Sequence record: MK327933.1 | DNA from: Escherichia phage vB_EcoM_G2285 | Reading direction: 5' to 3' (one strand) | DNA length: 64,000 nucleotides | Part shown: positions 54,801 through 63,991 of the stretch, piece after piece | Layout of the letters: the number at the start of each line of letters is the position of its first letter | Position numbering within the stretch: the stretch's first letter is position 1 | Notes under the pieces: model-generated | What the model saw: only the letters and a program-made list of their open reading frames with translations | Databases searched by the model: none | Told to the model about the DNA's origin: nothing | Made by a program: the position numbers and the translations under genes

Positions 54801-55039
54801 CAACACATGAGGTAGTGGCTGCGGTCAGGGTGAATACAAGTGCTGCAGGAGCGCACACTCATAGTGTCAGCGGCACAGCTGCATCTGCAGGTGCTCACGC
54901 ACATACTGTCGGTATTGGTGCTCATACGCACTCTGTTGCGATTGGCTCACATGGACACACCATCACCGTTAACGCTGCTGGTAACGCGGAAAACACGGTT
55001 AAAAACATTGCTTTTAACTATATCGTTCGTTTAGCATAA
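51893..55039 (+). CDS. 37: Long tail fibre distal subunit gp37 (receptor-binding tip)
   Basis: 1048 aa; conserved N-terminus; C-terminal His-rich HxH repeat block. Confidence 0.9.
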   Translation: MATLKQIQFKRSKVAGARPAASVLAEGELAINLKDRTLFTKDDLGNIISLGFAKGGDINGNVTQNGGYLQNGTYNLNGNQFVYAGKYIEFLPKIAGNGAWVNQHLNKAPIFTDLSSTTAVSEYHPLIKQRYKDGTFSAGTLVNEGSFKFHYIDETGTSKYWTFNRNGNFIVDSGNIEVRTGNISASGNINSANGIITGPEIVTKNINFSTKTFVANANIGYDWVSLPTWVYNPPADGSDNTTNGLNYLRKLRASSASSIFHEIADCRKGKPQEISWWTGVGPSSFQWAFDTSGRITAGKSISVGLPDNGANGRYPLDSAISIGIAIGDNDTGIKWVRDGVIDFMANGISSATILNNGINSTKKLMVGYSRDSGTTWDFPNNNQAMFTARTDVDGNNNGDGQTHIGYSSNAKMYHYFRGTGRMAVGMAEGLIVEPGILDIKTGSNSLNLRADGTISSIQRIKFDNGVLLTGARADGIQLDAPTSVDGTKTILWGAGTRAGQNKNYISIKAWGNSFNATGDKSRETVFEVSDSQGYHFYSQRVAPGAGSTVGPIQFRVNGGLLTSGSIVASGSITTESSLSVNNGMSVNGQAKFGGTANALRIWNAEYGAIFRRSETALHIIPTLKDQGENGEIGNLRPLSIALHNGMVQMRHSVTLGDDGRGGNMITVDNDNKRVVVASNSRISPNYRMQIGHSAYIDAECTNTVRPAGAGSFASQNNEDVRAPFYMNIDRTDTSAYVPIVKQRYVQNNSCYSIGTLINGGNFRVHYHEGGDGGSTGAVIKDHGWEFNKNGDFYSPGKLGAGNVRIGTDGNITGGTGNFANLNTTINNLKTDIVSSYPIGAPIPWPTDTPPDGYAIMEGQTFDKSAYPKLAVAYPSGVIPDMRGQTIKGKPSGRAVLSAEADGIKSHSHSASASSTDLGTKTTSSFDYGTKTTNNTGAHTHSVSGTAASAGNHTHSVTGASAERRYTPNGSTHEVVAAVRVNTSAAGAHTHSVSGTAASAGAHAHTVGIGAHTHSVAIGSHGHTITVNAAGNAENTVKNIAFNYIVRLA

Positions 55040-55044
55040 GGAGA

Positions 55045-55058
55045 GGGGCTTCGGCCCC
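55045..55058 (+). terminator. Intrinsic terminator after gene 37
   Basis: ggggc-ttcg-gcccc followed by ttttt. Confidence 0.7.
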
Positions 55059-55068
55059 TTTTTATAAT

Positions 55069-55620
55069 ATGAAACTCTATCACTATTATTTTGACACTAA
55101 AGAATTTTACAAAGAAGAAAATTATAAACCATTAAAAGGCGTAGGATTTCCGGCTCATTCGACACCAAAAAAACCTTTAGACCCTAAAGAAGGCTATGCT
55201 GTTTTATTTGATGAACGCGAACAAGAATGGGTATATGTTGAAGACCATCGTGGAAAAACAGTATGGACTTATGATAAGCAAAAAATTGTTATTGACACTC
55301 CGGGTGCTCTTCAAAATGTTACTACGGAAGAACCTGGTGAATTTGACATTTGGACCGACGACGGGTGGAAGGAAGATGAAGCATATAAACGCGTAGTTCA
55401 ACGTGATAAGAAAATTCATGAACTCTATAAATTATTCAGTGTTTTAAGTTCTCTTATTGACGCAGAGGTTGCTAATAGAGAAGAAAAGCGAAAATTTAAA
55501 GAGCTCAAAAAATTCTTTGCCCTTTTAGAAAAACACGAACATCTTGGCGGTGAATTCCCTAAATTCCCTGACCTTGAAAACAAATCTATTGTCAAAACGA
55601 TTATAAATATCTTTAAGTAA
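55069..55620 (+). CDS. 38: Tail fibre assembly chaperone gp38 (T4 type)
   Basis: 183 aa (T4 gp38 183). Confidence 0.85.
   Translation: MKLYHYYFDTKEFYKEENYKPLKGVGFPAHSTPKKPLDPKEGYAVLFDEREQEWVYVEDHRGKTVWTYDKQKIVIDTPGALQNVTTEEPGEFDIWTDDGWKEDEAYKRVVQRDKKIHELYKLFSVLSSLIDAEVANREEKRKFKELKKFFALLEKHEHLGGEFPKFPDLENKSIVKTIINIFK
55602..55609 (+). promoter_or_regulatory. Late promoter TATAAATA for holin t
   Basis: Exact motif inside the 3' end of gene 38, 20 nt upstream of t. Confidence 0.55.
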
Positions 55621-55629
55621 GGAGGTATT

Positions 55630-56289
55630 ATGGCAACACCAAAAGTATCATTTTCGCCTAGTGATATTCTATTTGGGTTGCTAGATCGTATTTTCAAAGA
55701 TAACGCTACTGGAAAGGTTTTAATGTCCCGAGTAGCGGTAATTATTCTTTTGTTCCTAATGGCACTAATATGGTACAAAGGAAGTATTTTGCTGGATTAT
55801 TATGTAAGAGCTAAGTATGATACTTATACTGAAATAATCCAAAAAGAACGAGCTTTACGTTTTGAATCTGCGGCTCTAGAACAACTGCAAATAGTTCATA
55901 TCTCATCTGGTGCAGATTTTAGTGCTGTGTATTCTTTCAGACCTAAAAACTTAAATTATTTTGTCGACCTTATAGCTTATGAAGGCAAACTACCTAGCAC
56001 AATTTCTGAAAAGTCCCTTGGCGGATTCCCAGTGGATAAAACGGCCAATGAATATATAATTCATTTAAGTGGCCGTCATTTCTCATCTAAATCTGAATTT
56101 GCATTTTTGCCTACAAAATCTAAGACTGCCGAACTTTCTTATATGTATAGTTGTCCATACTTTAATTTGGATAACATCTATGCCGGAACTGTGACGATGT
56201 ATTGGTATAAGGGGAGTAATATACTTGAGGAAGATCGCTTAGCGGCTATATGCAACCAAGCGATCCGAATACTAGGAAGGGCTAAATAA
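55630..56289 (+). CDS. t: Holin T
   Basis: 219 aa (T4 T 218); single N-terminal TM helix and large periplasmic domain. Confidence 0.9.
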   Translation: MATPKVSFSPSDILFGLLDRIFKDNATGKVLMSRVAVIILLFLMALIWYKGSILLDYYVRAKYDTYTEIIQKERALRFESAALEQLQIVHISSGADFSAVYSFRPKNLNYFVDLIAYEGKLPSTISEKSLGGFPVDKTANEYIIHLSGRHFSSKSEFAFLPTKSKTAELSYMYSCPYFNLDNIYAGTVTMYWYKGSNILEEDRLAAICNQAIRILGRAK

Positions 56290-56562
56290 TTAGTTGTTAG
56301 AATACATCGCTAAATGACGATAAATATTTTCAAAACCTTCATTGAATTCACTAATCAGTGTTTTCTTTTCTTCGGCAGTTAAATTTGTAATTAGTTTTCT
56401 GAACGAATTCTGATTTAGCTGCCGACCATCTTTTTTAATTCCAATCTCATTCAAGAATCCGATGAAACTTGCTCGGTCTTCAACAATATCTTCCCTAGAG
56501 AATTTAATCAAAATAGAAGCAATAGTAATAATTTCACGTACGATTTCAATATCTTTATTCAT
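56290..56562 (-). CDS. asiA: Anti-sigma-70 factor AsiA
   Basis: 90 aa; reads as T4 AsiA. Confidence 0.9.
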   Translation of the reverse strand: MNKDIEIVREIITIASILIKFSREDIVEDRASFIGFLNEIGIKKDGRQLNQNSFRKLITNLTAEEKKTLISEFNEGFENIYRHLAMYSNN

Positions 56563-56608
56563 AACGTTTTATTCATTCCACTTAGTTGATATGGATATAG
56601 TACCATTA

Positions 56609-56824
56609 TCAGTGTTGATTGTAAACAGCTTTTTCTACGCTTTTAACGTAATTGGTATAGTCTTCCTGTTCGTACGAGTGTAAGGCTAAGAACAGAGCTA
56701 ATAGTTCATTATAGACTAAAGCCTCACGCTCACGTTCGGCCTCTACTACGTTCTGAAGATTATGGCTCATATTGTTCCTTATAACTATCAATGTAGTCCT
56801 GTATGTCAAAGAATGATATTTCAT
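56609..56824 (-). CDS. Hypothetical protein (start uncertain)
   Basis: 71-aa ORF overlapping the next ORF. Confidence 0.3.
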   Translation of the reverse strand: MKYHSLTYRTTLIVIRNNMSHNLQNVVEAEREREALVYNELLALFLALHSYEQEDYTNYVKSVEKAVYNQH

Positions 56825-57146
56825 ATTCTAGGACATTAAGAGCCCGTTCTTCAGTATAGTCAGAACCAAAGACGATAGTGATTTCACCGGGTTTAGAATG
56901 ACTGAAATCAACACTAAACTCAAGTCGAGAGCAGACTTCATCTTCCATATCTATGATAACACTACGATACACTTCTCGGTTAATCTGATAAAGCTCTGCA
57001 AGTTCTTCACAACGAATAACAAGTTCAGTGGCAGGATTTTCTTTGATTTTAGTAAGCATAGTCTTTACCCTTATGTTTTTGTTTACGTTTAGATTGAAGT
57101 TCTGATTTCTTCTTGTCCTTATGGACGGAAGCCTTATTGAAATCAT
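56760..57146 (-). CDS. Hypothetical protein (real start probably internal, near 57059)
   Basis: 128-aa ORF. Confidence 0.4.
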   Translation of the reverse strand: MISIRLPSIRTRRNQNFNLNVNKNIRVKTMLTKIKENPATELVIRCEELAELYQINREVYRSVIIDMEDEVCSRLEFSVDFSHSKPGEITIVFGSDYTEERALNVLEYEISFFDIQDYIDSYKEQYEP

Positions 57147-57361
57147 GTTTTGCTACAAGATTGTTCATAATGCTTTATAACCTCGTTTAAACATTTACTA
57201 GTGAAAGAAAACTTTTTAGCCACAGAACATTCGATAATGTGCTCTTTCAAATCTTTAGAGTCGGTATATCCCATCTCAGTAATAAAGTGGCGAATTAAAG
57301 CTTTATTCTTATCATTAACAGAATTAAAATAATCTGCTTTAGAATCAATTATTCTCATCAT
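57143..57361 (-). CDS. Hypothetical protein
   Basis: 72-aa ORF. Confidence 0.4.
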   Translation of the reverse strand: MMRIIDSKADYFNSVNDKNKALIRHFITEMGYTDSKDLKEHIIECSVAKKFSFTSKCLNEVIKHYEQSCSKT

Positions 57362-57626
57362 CTAATTTCCTTAATTGATATTGCAACGAGCTAATAATTT
57401 CTTCGTTCATTTTAATATACATGTCACGCAAGAAAGGTTTTAACCCATCACGAATAATTGCTAACGTATCACCTTTACATAAATTAACCAAATAAGGATG
57501 GTCTAAAGCGTCCCAACCAGGCTGATTAGCATACATACCATAGTTTTCTTCCATCATATGATTAAGACGTTTGATATCTTGGATACGTGATTCAATAGCA
57601 TCTTTCTGGAGTTGTTTAATATTCAT
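57345..57626 (-). CDS. Hypothetical early protein; size and position compatible with Arn but unverified
   Basis: 93 aa in the asiA-motA island; assignment is weak inference. Confidence 0.3.
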   Translation of the reverse strand: MNIKQLQKDAIESRIQDIKRLNHMMEENYGMYANQPGWDALDHPYLVNLCKGDTLAIIRDGLKPFLRDMYIKMNEEIISSLQYQLRKLDDENN

Positions 57627-58087
57627 TAATAAAGGTCCTCTGAATAAAGTTCTTTCTCACTTCCGCCACGTTCAATACGTACCTGTCCAGCATACGTTGC
57701 AATAATCATTGCTTCTTCGCGAGTCCAGTAATTAGAGTATTGGTCGATAAAGCCTTGGTCGTCACCACAAACTTGTTGTGAGACTAATTGAGGACCAACT
57801 ATATCAAGTACTTCAGCCATATCTTTAGAGTAATGACGAACTCCAGGAATAACCAGAGTTCCACCACTCTTCAATTTAAACCTATTAGCTGCACATACTA
57901 TAACACGTTGAACTTTTTGGTCATTATTCCAATAGCATGTTTGCCAACAGATTTCAGGAACTTCATTCATTATATCATCAGCAGAATAATTATAACCGTA
58001 GGACTGGAATTTTTCTGCTAGACTTTCAGGAGTCTCACGAGACAAGGCCAAATCTAATAGCTCTAAACGTTCTTTAAATGATTTCAT
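57626..58087 (-). CDS. Hypothetical protein, 153 aa
   Basis: Coupled ORF with several cysteines; no motif recognised. Confidence 0.5.
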   Translation of the reverse strand: MKSFKERLELLDLALSRETPESLAEKFQSYGYNYSADDIMNEVPEICWQTCYWNNDQKVQRVIVCAANRFKLKSGGTLVIPGVRHYSKDMAEVLDIVGPQLVSQQVCGDDQGFIDQYSNYWTREEAMIIATYAGQVRIERGGSEKELYSEDLY

Positions 58088-58413
58088 TTAAACCATTCCT
58101 TAATACGTTGCCAAATAGATTTTTGTGCTTGTTTATTTACACCAATCGAACGAATAACCGGTTGTGACTGCTGATATTCTTTATAATCTTCTTTATAGAT
58201 TTCGTAAGCTGCATCAACAAATGAACTGATCGCTGCCATGTAGTTTTTACGAAGGCCGAATGGTGCGTCATTATTTTCACGAATAACCATATATTGGCCT
58301 GCTTTAATCTTTACAATTGTCCCTAAATAAGCCCCGTGGTACCAAATATCCCATCCTTCCTGAGTAGGTTCTGCACATTTACGAAGTTCGTTAATAATAT
58401 TCAGCTTATTCAT
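58084..58413 (-). CDS. Hypothetical protein (motA.1 position)
   Basis: 109-aa ORF. Confidence 0.5.
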   Translation of the reverse strand: MNKLNIINELRKCAEPTQEGWDIWYHGAYLGTIVKIKAGQYMVIRENNDAPFGLRKNYMAAISSFVDAAYEIYKEDYKEYQQSQPVIRSIGVNKQAQKSIWQRIKEWFK

Positions 58414-58423
58414 TATGTATTCC

Positions 58424-59056
58424 TCACAGTACGTTAGTTACAAGGGTAATGATTTCTTTGGACACATTAGGGAAGTCAATGTAAGTATATTTACCACCGA
58501 TCTTAATCTTAACATCATTTTCAAGAGAAGTAAACAGCTTTGATTCAGTTTCTGACATGTTATATGCAAATATTCTAAGACAACCATCTCGACGAATTTC
58601 GATCTGACGAATACCTAGAACTCGTTTTGCAAATCGAACTTCCAAGTTACTACGGTTTTCACCAATTTCTTTAACTTCAACTTTATCTTTAATATTTTCA
58701 AAAACAAAGTTTGCTAGTTCATGCATTTCAGGAGTAACTCCACGTGCTTTTCTAGTGTTACGTTTCTGAAGAAGTTCTGGAGCATTTTCTTGGGCAAAGA
58801 GGTCCGCCGCTTTTTGGATAATATCCATTGCTTCGCCTGTTGCTATAAGTCCATCACCGGATTTTTCGACTAAACCTTTCTTAATCAATACACCAATGTT
58901 AGAGTTAACAACCGATGCATTGTATTCCGCTTCCAGAGCTTCACGGACATTGGCAGCAGTAGTGAAGTTGTTCTTAATGATATAAACCATTATTGCAGCA
59001 GTTTTTTCATTCAGAGCGTTTTCAGAAGCTTTGATGATGTAAGTAACTTTAGACAT
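58424..59056 (-). CDS. motA: Middle-transcription activator MotA
   Basis: 210 aa (T4 MotA 211); N-terminus MSKVTYIIKAS matches. Confidence 0.9.
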   Translation of the reverse strand: MSKVTYIIKASENALNEKTAAIMVYIIKNNFTTAANVREALEAEYNASVVNSNIGVLIKKGLVEKSGDGLIATGEAMDIIQKAADLFAQENAPELLQKRNTRKARGVTPEMHELANFVFENIKDKVEVKEIGENRSNLEVRFAKRVLGIRQIEIRRDGCLRIFAYNMSETESKLFTSLENDVKIKIGGKYTYIDFPNVSKEIITLVTNVL

Positions 59057-59059
59057 TTT

Positions 59060-59130
59060 ATTTCTCCAATTTGGTTGTTTTGTTTTGATAGGTCTATAAT
59101 ATCATGTTTGAAGCACATGTAAACTGTTTT
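59060..59130 (-). promoter_or_regulatory. T4 early-type promoter upstream of motA
   Basis: Minus strand GTTTACATGTGCTTCAAACATGATATTAT. Confidence 0.55.
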
Positions 59131-59152
59131 GTGAGAAAAAATGCACAAAAAG

Positions 59153-59168
59153 GAACCCGAAGGTTCCT
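59153..59168 (-). terminator. Hairpin terminator after the gene 52 unit
   Basis: ggaacc-cgaa-ggttcc flanked by A-run and T-run. Confidence 0.6.
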
Positions 59169-59272
59169 TACTTTTTAAAGTGGGCTGCTATTAAACCTAT
59201 AGCTAAGCCTGTCGCCAGGCCTAGAATAACAGCAAAGATACATAGTAACAAGAACTCGACTCCAAGGCTCAT
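59168..59272 (-). CDS. Small hydrophobic peptide, 34 aa (not in the track)
   Basis: Hand translation MSLGVEFLLLCIFAVILGLATGLAIGLIAAHFKK; ATG overlaps the gene 52 stop (ATGA). Confidence 0.4.
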   Translation of the reverse strand: MSLGVEFLLLCIFAVILGLATGLAIGLIAAHFKK

Positions 59273-60594
59273 AGAGCCTCCAAATCTTTAACATACTCAG
59301 TTACCACATCAGTAGACTTCCAATACTCATTTTCTTCTTTCTTAGCCTTAGCTTCTTCCGCTAGTTTACGTGCTTCATCGGAAGTGATATGGAAGATGTT
59401 AAGGCCTACCAGTTTATCGACATGTTCTTTATACATTTCGATTTGTGCTAGCTCTTCAGTCAAAGCTTTACGTGTCTTGCCCTGAATCACAATTTCGCCA
59501 CTGATAACTTTTTTGATGAAGTGTGCCTTAGCAAAAGCAAGTTTAAATGCTTTTTCAGATTCAAGGATTTTGTTGTCAATACGTTTCTGAACGTAAGTCT
59601 TACGGACTTCAACAAAATCTTTGATTAAGTCCACTACGTTATCGTAGACCGCTAATTTACCCTTTTCATTAATAACTGTGATGTTTTGTGAACGACGTTC
59701 GATGAGACTGAAATCTTTCATGATTTTTTCATGACGTAGCTCTTCATCATCAGGAAGCGAGTACTCTTTACGGAACTTCACCTTAAACCCAAAGCCGTGT
59801 TCACCACAATCATCTTCCCATGAGATTAGACCTTTGTCTTCCAATGGGTCAAGAACCTTACTCACATACGTTTCACGGTCGAATTTATATGGGATTTCAG
59901 TTATCTGCATTTGAGTGCGAGATGTGAACTTATATGTTCCGTGAATCTCATAACGCCCATCAACTTCATGTACTTCACCACGGAATTCCGGGAATTCAAC
60001 TTTTGGCTTAGTGACATTTTTACCTTGAAGAGCTTGTAATACAGCCTTTTTGACTGATTTAAAACTATGAGGCAGAATATTTGTTGCGTAACCGGTTGCA
60101 ATACCAGATACACCATTCAAAAGAACTGTCGGAATAATAGGAAGATAGAATTTTGGTGGAATGTGTTCTTTATCTTCATGAGCTGGAGCATATTCAGTAT
60201 CTTTATATACGTTATAGAAATTTTTACTTACACGAGCAAAAATATAACGAGATGCTGCAGCTTTTTGGACTGTTCTAGAACCAAAGTTGCCTTGGCCATC
60301 TAACAGTGGATAGTTGTTGTTCCATGTGTTAGCCATCAATGCACCTGCATCTTGTGCAGAAGATTCACCATGGTGATAACCTAAATCTGCAACGCCGCCT
60401 GCAATTGACGCAAGTTTATGAAATTTTTCTTTATTACCACGAGCCAAATCTAACGCACGATGGACCACAAAACGTTGAACCGGCTTAAATCCATCAATCA
60501 TGTTTGGGATTGCACGGTTTTCAACGGTGTACATCGCATATGCTAAGGCTTCGTTATCAATAATACTTTTTAGATTACGAGAATTAAATTGCAT
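59269..60594 (-). CDS. 52: DNA topoisomerase II medium subunit gp52
   Basis: 441 aa (T4 gp52 442); GyrA-like N-terminus with catalytic-Tyr region. Confidence 0.9.
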   Translation of the reverse strand: MQFNSRNLKSIIDNEALAYAMYTVENRAIPNMIDGFKPVQRFVVHRALDLARGNKEKFHKLASIAGGVADLGYHHGESSAQDAGALMANTWNNNYPLLDGQGNFGSRTVQKAAASRYIFARVSKNFYNVYKDTEYAPAHEDKEHIPPKFYLPIIPTVLLNGVSGIATGYATNILPHSFKSVKKAVLQALQGKNVTKPKVEFPEFRGEVHEVDGRYEIHGTYKFTSRTQMQITEIPYKFDRETYVSKVLDPLEDKGLISWEDDCGEHGFGFKVKFRKEYSLPDDEELRHEKIMKDFSLIERRSQNITVINEKGKLAVYDNVVDLIKDFVEVRKTYVQKRIDNKILESEKAFKLAFAKAHFIKKVISGEIVIQGKTRKALTEELAQIEMYKEHVDKLVGLNIFHITSDEARKLAEEAKAKKEENEYWKSTDVVTEYVKDLEAL

Positions 60595-60739
60595 ATTTTC
60601 ACCATACTAATGAACGAATAACCATTATAACATCCGAAATGAAAAGCACTACTTGGATTAGCCCAAACATCACACCGTAGTACAGAACAGTAAGCAACAA
60701 CAAGAGCCCGAAGGCTCCTGCTAAGATTTTCTTAATCAT
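60584..60739 (-). CDS. Small membrane protein, 51 aa, possibly ac (not in the track)
   Basis: Hand translation MIKKILAGAFGLLLLLTVLYYGVMFGLIQVVLFISDVIMVIRSLVW; length equals reported T4 Ac; assignment unverified. Confidence 0.4.
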
Positions 60740-60884
60740 TGCTCGCCTTTAACACGTTAAGAAGAGCTAAGACCGCTAAGGTACCTTGTGATACCGCCTG
60801 TTGAAATACTGTTGTTTCGCCTGTAACTAAAGTGCTAACGAATAAAAACGACCAACACAGCAATGCAATAATCCATGCTACCAT
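60732..60884 (-). CDS. Small membrane protein, 50 aa (not in the track)
   Basis: Hand translation MVAWIIALLCWSFLFVSTLVTGETTVFQQAVSQGTLAVLALLNVLKASND; GAGG RBS; stop overlaps next start. Confidence 0.4.
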   Translation of the reverse strand: MVAWIIALLCWSFLFVSTLVTGETTVFQQAVSQGTLAVLALLNVLKASND

Positions 60885-60936
60885 TTTAATTACCTCAAAA
60901 ATAAATTAAAGGCCCAACTTAATAGGCCTATATAAA

Positions 60937-61383
60937 TTAGTAACTCTGCAGAATGAATTTGAAATTATCTGCCAGAAGACGGTTCATTTCAGTGAGTGTT
61001 TGATATTCTGATGTATGATTGCGAGTGAATGCCAGAGCCAATTGACCTTTACCGTAACCAGTGGTCAGTGGTTTCATGTTCTTAGCTGCAACAAAGATTA
61101 CATCATATTCAATATTGTTAGTGCCCATGGTACGGGCTAGTTGCGAACGGCCTTGACGAATGTGAGAAAGAATTGCATCCAACCCTTGTTTAGAACGTTG
61201 ACGTCCTACAAAGAATCGTGCTGCTACTTGTCGCCAATCAGATGAACCTTTAACAAAGAAGTAAAAACCTTCACGAGAACGAAACTCTTTAGAAACTTCA
61301 GAACCGTATTCACCATTACGAACTACTGCAACAACTTCACCGCCAACTGCCAGAAGGTCTTTACGAGTTAAATATTTGGACAT
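60937..61383 (-). CDS. ndd: Nucleoid disruption protein Ndd
   Basis: 148 aa; C-terminal [20 protein letters not shown]...NFKF matches T4 Ndd. Confidence 0.8.
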   Translation of the reverse strand: MSKYLTRKDLLAVGGEVVAVVRNGEYGSEVSKEFRSREGFYFFVKGSSDWRQVAARFFVGRQRSKQGLDAILSHIRQGRSQLARTMGTNNIEYDVIFVAAKNMKPLTTGYGKGQLALAFTRNHTSEYQTLTEMNRLLADNFKFILQSY

Positions 61384-61389
61384 GCTAAT

Positions 61390-61459
61390 TTCCTCAATTG
61401 ATTAATGTTTTTGTAATCCATGAGAGCATTATACTCTGCTCTCAAGAGTTTGTACAATT
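61390..61459 (-). promoter_or_regulatory. T4 early-type promoter upstream of ndd (copy of the 31605-31660 element)
   Basis: Near-identical roughly 45-nt block. Confidence 0.5.
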
Positions 61460-61660
61460 TTATTCAGCTATATCAGAACGTTCAAAAAGCTCTTCAACAG
61501 TTAAACATTCAGTGTCATCTTCAATAAAGAATCGAGTCCAACACGTTGGGGCGATACAGTTATGAGTTTGTCCGGCGATAGAAGCTACACGAATAAGCTG
61601 CTGGCCATTATTCAGAACAAATTTTTCACCAATTTCAACATCTTTAAAAAGCTTAGCCAT
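61460..61660 (-). CDS. Hypothetical protein
   Basis: 66-aa ORF between two early promoters. Confidence 0.45.
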   Translation of the reverse strand: MAKLFKDVEIGEKFVLNNGQQLIRVASIAGQTHNCIAPTCWTRFFIEDDTECLTVEELFERSDIAE

Positions 61661-61910
61661 TTTGTGTTCCTCATATTTTGATAGGACTACTATACCATAA
61701 TCCTACCTTGATGTAAACAATTAAATTACATTAAAATACGTTAAAGCCAACCATGTTCCAGTGAACGAACATGCGATGTAAAAACCCGTATCACAAATTG
61801 TTCTTAGTACAATAAGAAGTGCATTTTTCATAAGTACCTCAATGCAATTGAAAATATTATACAAATCATAGGGATACTAAGCAACCATATTCCGATCCAC
61901 ATTTTAGAGC

Positions 61911-62174
61911 TCATATCTCAACTTCCGCGAGTTCCATATATCCTTTGTTGATAACCTCTTTAAGGTCTTTAGAAAGAATAACATTAAAATGGTCGTTCAT
62001 ATGTCCATTAACCAGACGAGTTATTTCGGCTTCAGATGACATATAAGGCACGTCTGAGTCCCAATGAGATAGGCCTAAATGGGTATAAATCATCCCTTCG
62101 TCATCTGCAGTGTTGTACATTGAAACAAATTCGCCTGTTACTTTATGTTTTGCGTAGAAAAATTTAAATTTCAT
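61911..62174 (-). CDS. Hypothetical protein
   Basis: 87-aa ORF below an early promoter. Confidence 0.45.
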   Translation of the reverse strand: MKFKFFYAKHKVTGEFVSMYNTADDEGMIYTHLGLSHWDSDVPYMSSEAEITRLVNGHMNDHFNVILSKDLKEVINKGYMELAEVEI

Positions 62175-62242
62175 GATGTTATCCTCTTTTAGATAGGACT
62201 ACTATATCATAGTCCTACTTAGTTGTAAACACTTTTGTGAAA

Positions 62243-62800
62243 TTAAAGATGAAGATACCACCCGTTGTAGTTGCTCTTGCGGACGATTTTCTTTAGGTCT
62301 TCATGGTCTCCCACGAACTTTATAGAATAAGAGAAGACGTCAGGTGAGGTTTCTTTGACATCTAATATAATAATGCAATCTGCGACTCGATGGTTCAAGA
62401 AGGGCCCTATATTGATTCCATTACCACCCGGATAATCACCACTGTATCCTGTGGTAACCGAAATCCATTTCGAATCCATCTGATGGGTCTTTACTTCTAC
62501 GCGTAGACCACAGTACTTAGGATGAGCTAAAACGTCCCATGCATACGTGTACGGGTCTTCTACATCTTCAATACCTTTATTAACATATCCATCTAGCCAA
62601 TTTGCTACTACATACTCTGCAAAGACCGCAACCTTACAACGTCGAACTACATCTTCTTTGTTTTGGCCAGGATTTTGGCTCAGGGAATACCGAGCAGTGT
62701 CAGCAATCTTCACCTTCATTTCACTAGTCAAAAACTCATTCGACAGGATAAATGTCGGAAGACTCTTCAGCCTCAACAGTCCCAAGTTCGTCTTTACCAT
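62243..62800 (-). CDS. denB: Probable endonuclease IV DenB (start refined to ATG 62800)
   Basis: Internal ATG with GAGG RBS gives 185 aa, the T4 DenB length; position next to rIIB; no motif verified. Confidence 0.5.
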   Translation of the reverse strand: MVKTNLGLLRLKSLPTFILSNEFLTSEMKVKIADTARYSLSQNPGQNKEDVVRRCKVAVFAEYVVANWLDGYVNKGIEDVEDPYTYAWDVLAHPKYCGLRVEVKTHQMDSKWISVTTGYSGDYPGGNGINIGPFLNHRVADCIIILDVKETSPDVFSYSIKFVGDHEDLKKIVRKSNYNGWYLHL

Positions 62801-63023
62801 AGATACCTCTGATGTGTAGTTCGCCAAAATAAATGCGGTCACCTTCTTCAAGATATTCTGCATCTACAGGCGGAATTTCAATAACAACTTCGTCACATTC
62901 TAACCAGCCGTAGTGTGCATCGCCAGGATGTTTTACCAATTTAGCACAATAAACTGATTTACACTTATGATGACCACGAAGATTAGCAATTTTGGATTCT
63001 GATACGTCAAATGGATGAATCAT
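62736..63023 (-). CDS. Hypothetical protein (rIIB-proximal)
   Basis: 95-aa ORF overlapping the refined denB start by 65 nt. Confidence 0.4.
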   Translation of the reverse strand: MIHPFDVSESKIANLRGHHKCKSVYCAKLVKHPGDAHYGWLECDEVVIEIPPVDAEYLEEGDRIYFGELHIRGIYGKDELGTVEAEESSDIYPVE

Positions 63024-63044
63024 AATTACCCCTAAAGAAAAAAA

Positions 63045-63059
63045 GGGACCGAAGTCCCC
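63045..63059 (-). terminator. Hairpin downstream of rIIB
   Basis: gggac-cgaa-gtccc next to an A-run on plus. Confidence 0.55.
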
Positions 63060-63064
63060 AATTA

Positions 63065-63991
63065 TTATTCTGCAAACAATTCAGTAACGTCTGAAATTAC
63101 TTCATAACGACATGTACGCATCTTAGCATCACCATAGTCAACCGGGATGGATACAACATCACGTGGATGAACTTTAACCTTAACAACTTTATCTGAGCTA
63201 GAACCAAAGTAACGAATATATGATTTAGCACAAACATGTAGACCACGGGAGCAGGTTTGAGTATCATCATCGTTAACACGAGTACGAGGCATTGAAACAA
63301 CTTTACCAGGCGAGTTATCAAATGTGCCACTATAACAGTCTAAATAGTCCTTACGAACTACTTTCCATGCGTAGAAATGTCCGTCTTCAGTAATTTCAAT
63401 ATCATTTGCAACCAAGAAGTCGAATAAACGTTGTACAGCTTTTTCGCTTGGGTTTTCTAACAGGTTTTCAAGGAATGGCAGATAGAATTTAAAGTCTTCA
63501 CCTTTTTCCATGGAATCAATAATACGGTTAACCAGCCCTGAACGAATCTCTATACCTTGATAAAATAAACTACCACCTTCAATAGTAACATTACCATCAA
63601 CAAACTTAGTAATAGCTTTCTTGATGTTAATAAGTTCGACAGCTTTACTAAGGTTTCCTGCGACCAGATTAGCTTTAATTTCTTCAAAATTTGCATGACT
63701 TGATGGGGTCGCATTGTATGCTACGCGTCCTTCAATAATTGAAATAAATTTAGATGACGCGTTCCATACGATTTCAGGACGATGGCCGCCGATAATAGGT
63801 TCATCATTTTCTGGAACTTCTTCAACTTTCGAAGTCTCATCTTCGGCTTTAAAATTCTTAACAATCTTACGAAGAGTATCTGTTGAAATGTCGAAGTAAT
63901 CAGCAATTTCCCGACGGGTCCATTGACCTGATTCAACCAGTCTGTAAGCTTCTAACTGTTCTTCTTTGGACAAGCATTTGATATTGTACAT
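63065..63991 (-). CDS. rIIB: rIIB membrane-associated protector from prophage-induced early lysis
   Basis: 308 aa; C-terminal two-thirds reads as T4 rIIB (…FLENLLENPS…FDFLVANDIEITEDG…RTCRYEVI…). Confidence 0.9.
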   Translation of the reverse strand: MYNIKCLSKEEQLEAYRLVESGQWTRREIADYFDISTDTLRKIVKNFKAEDETSKVEEVPENDEPIIGGHRPEIVWNASSKFISIIEGRVAYNATPSSHANFEEIKANLVAGNLSKAVELINIKKAITKFVDGNVTIEGGSLFYQGIEIRSGLVNRIIDSMEKGEDFKFYLPFLENLLENPSEKAVQRLFDFLVANDIEITEDGHFYAWKVVRKDYLDCYSGTFDNSPGKVVSMPRTRVNDDDTQTCSRGLHVCAKSYIRYFGSSSDKVVKVKVHPRDVVSIPVDYGDAKMRTCRYEVISDVTELFAE

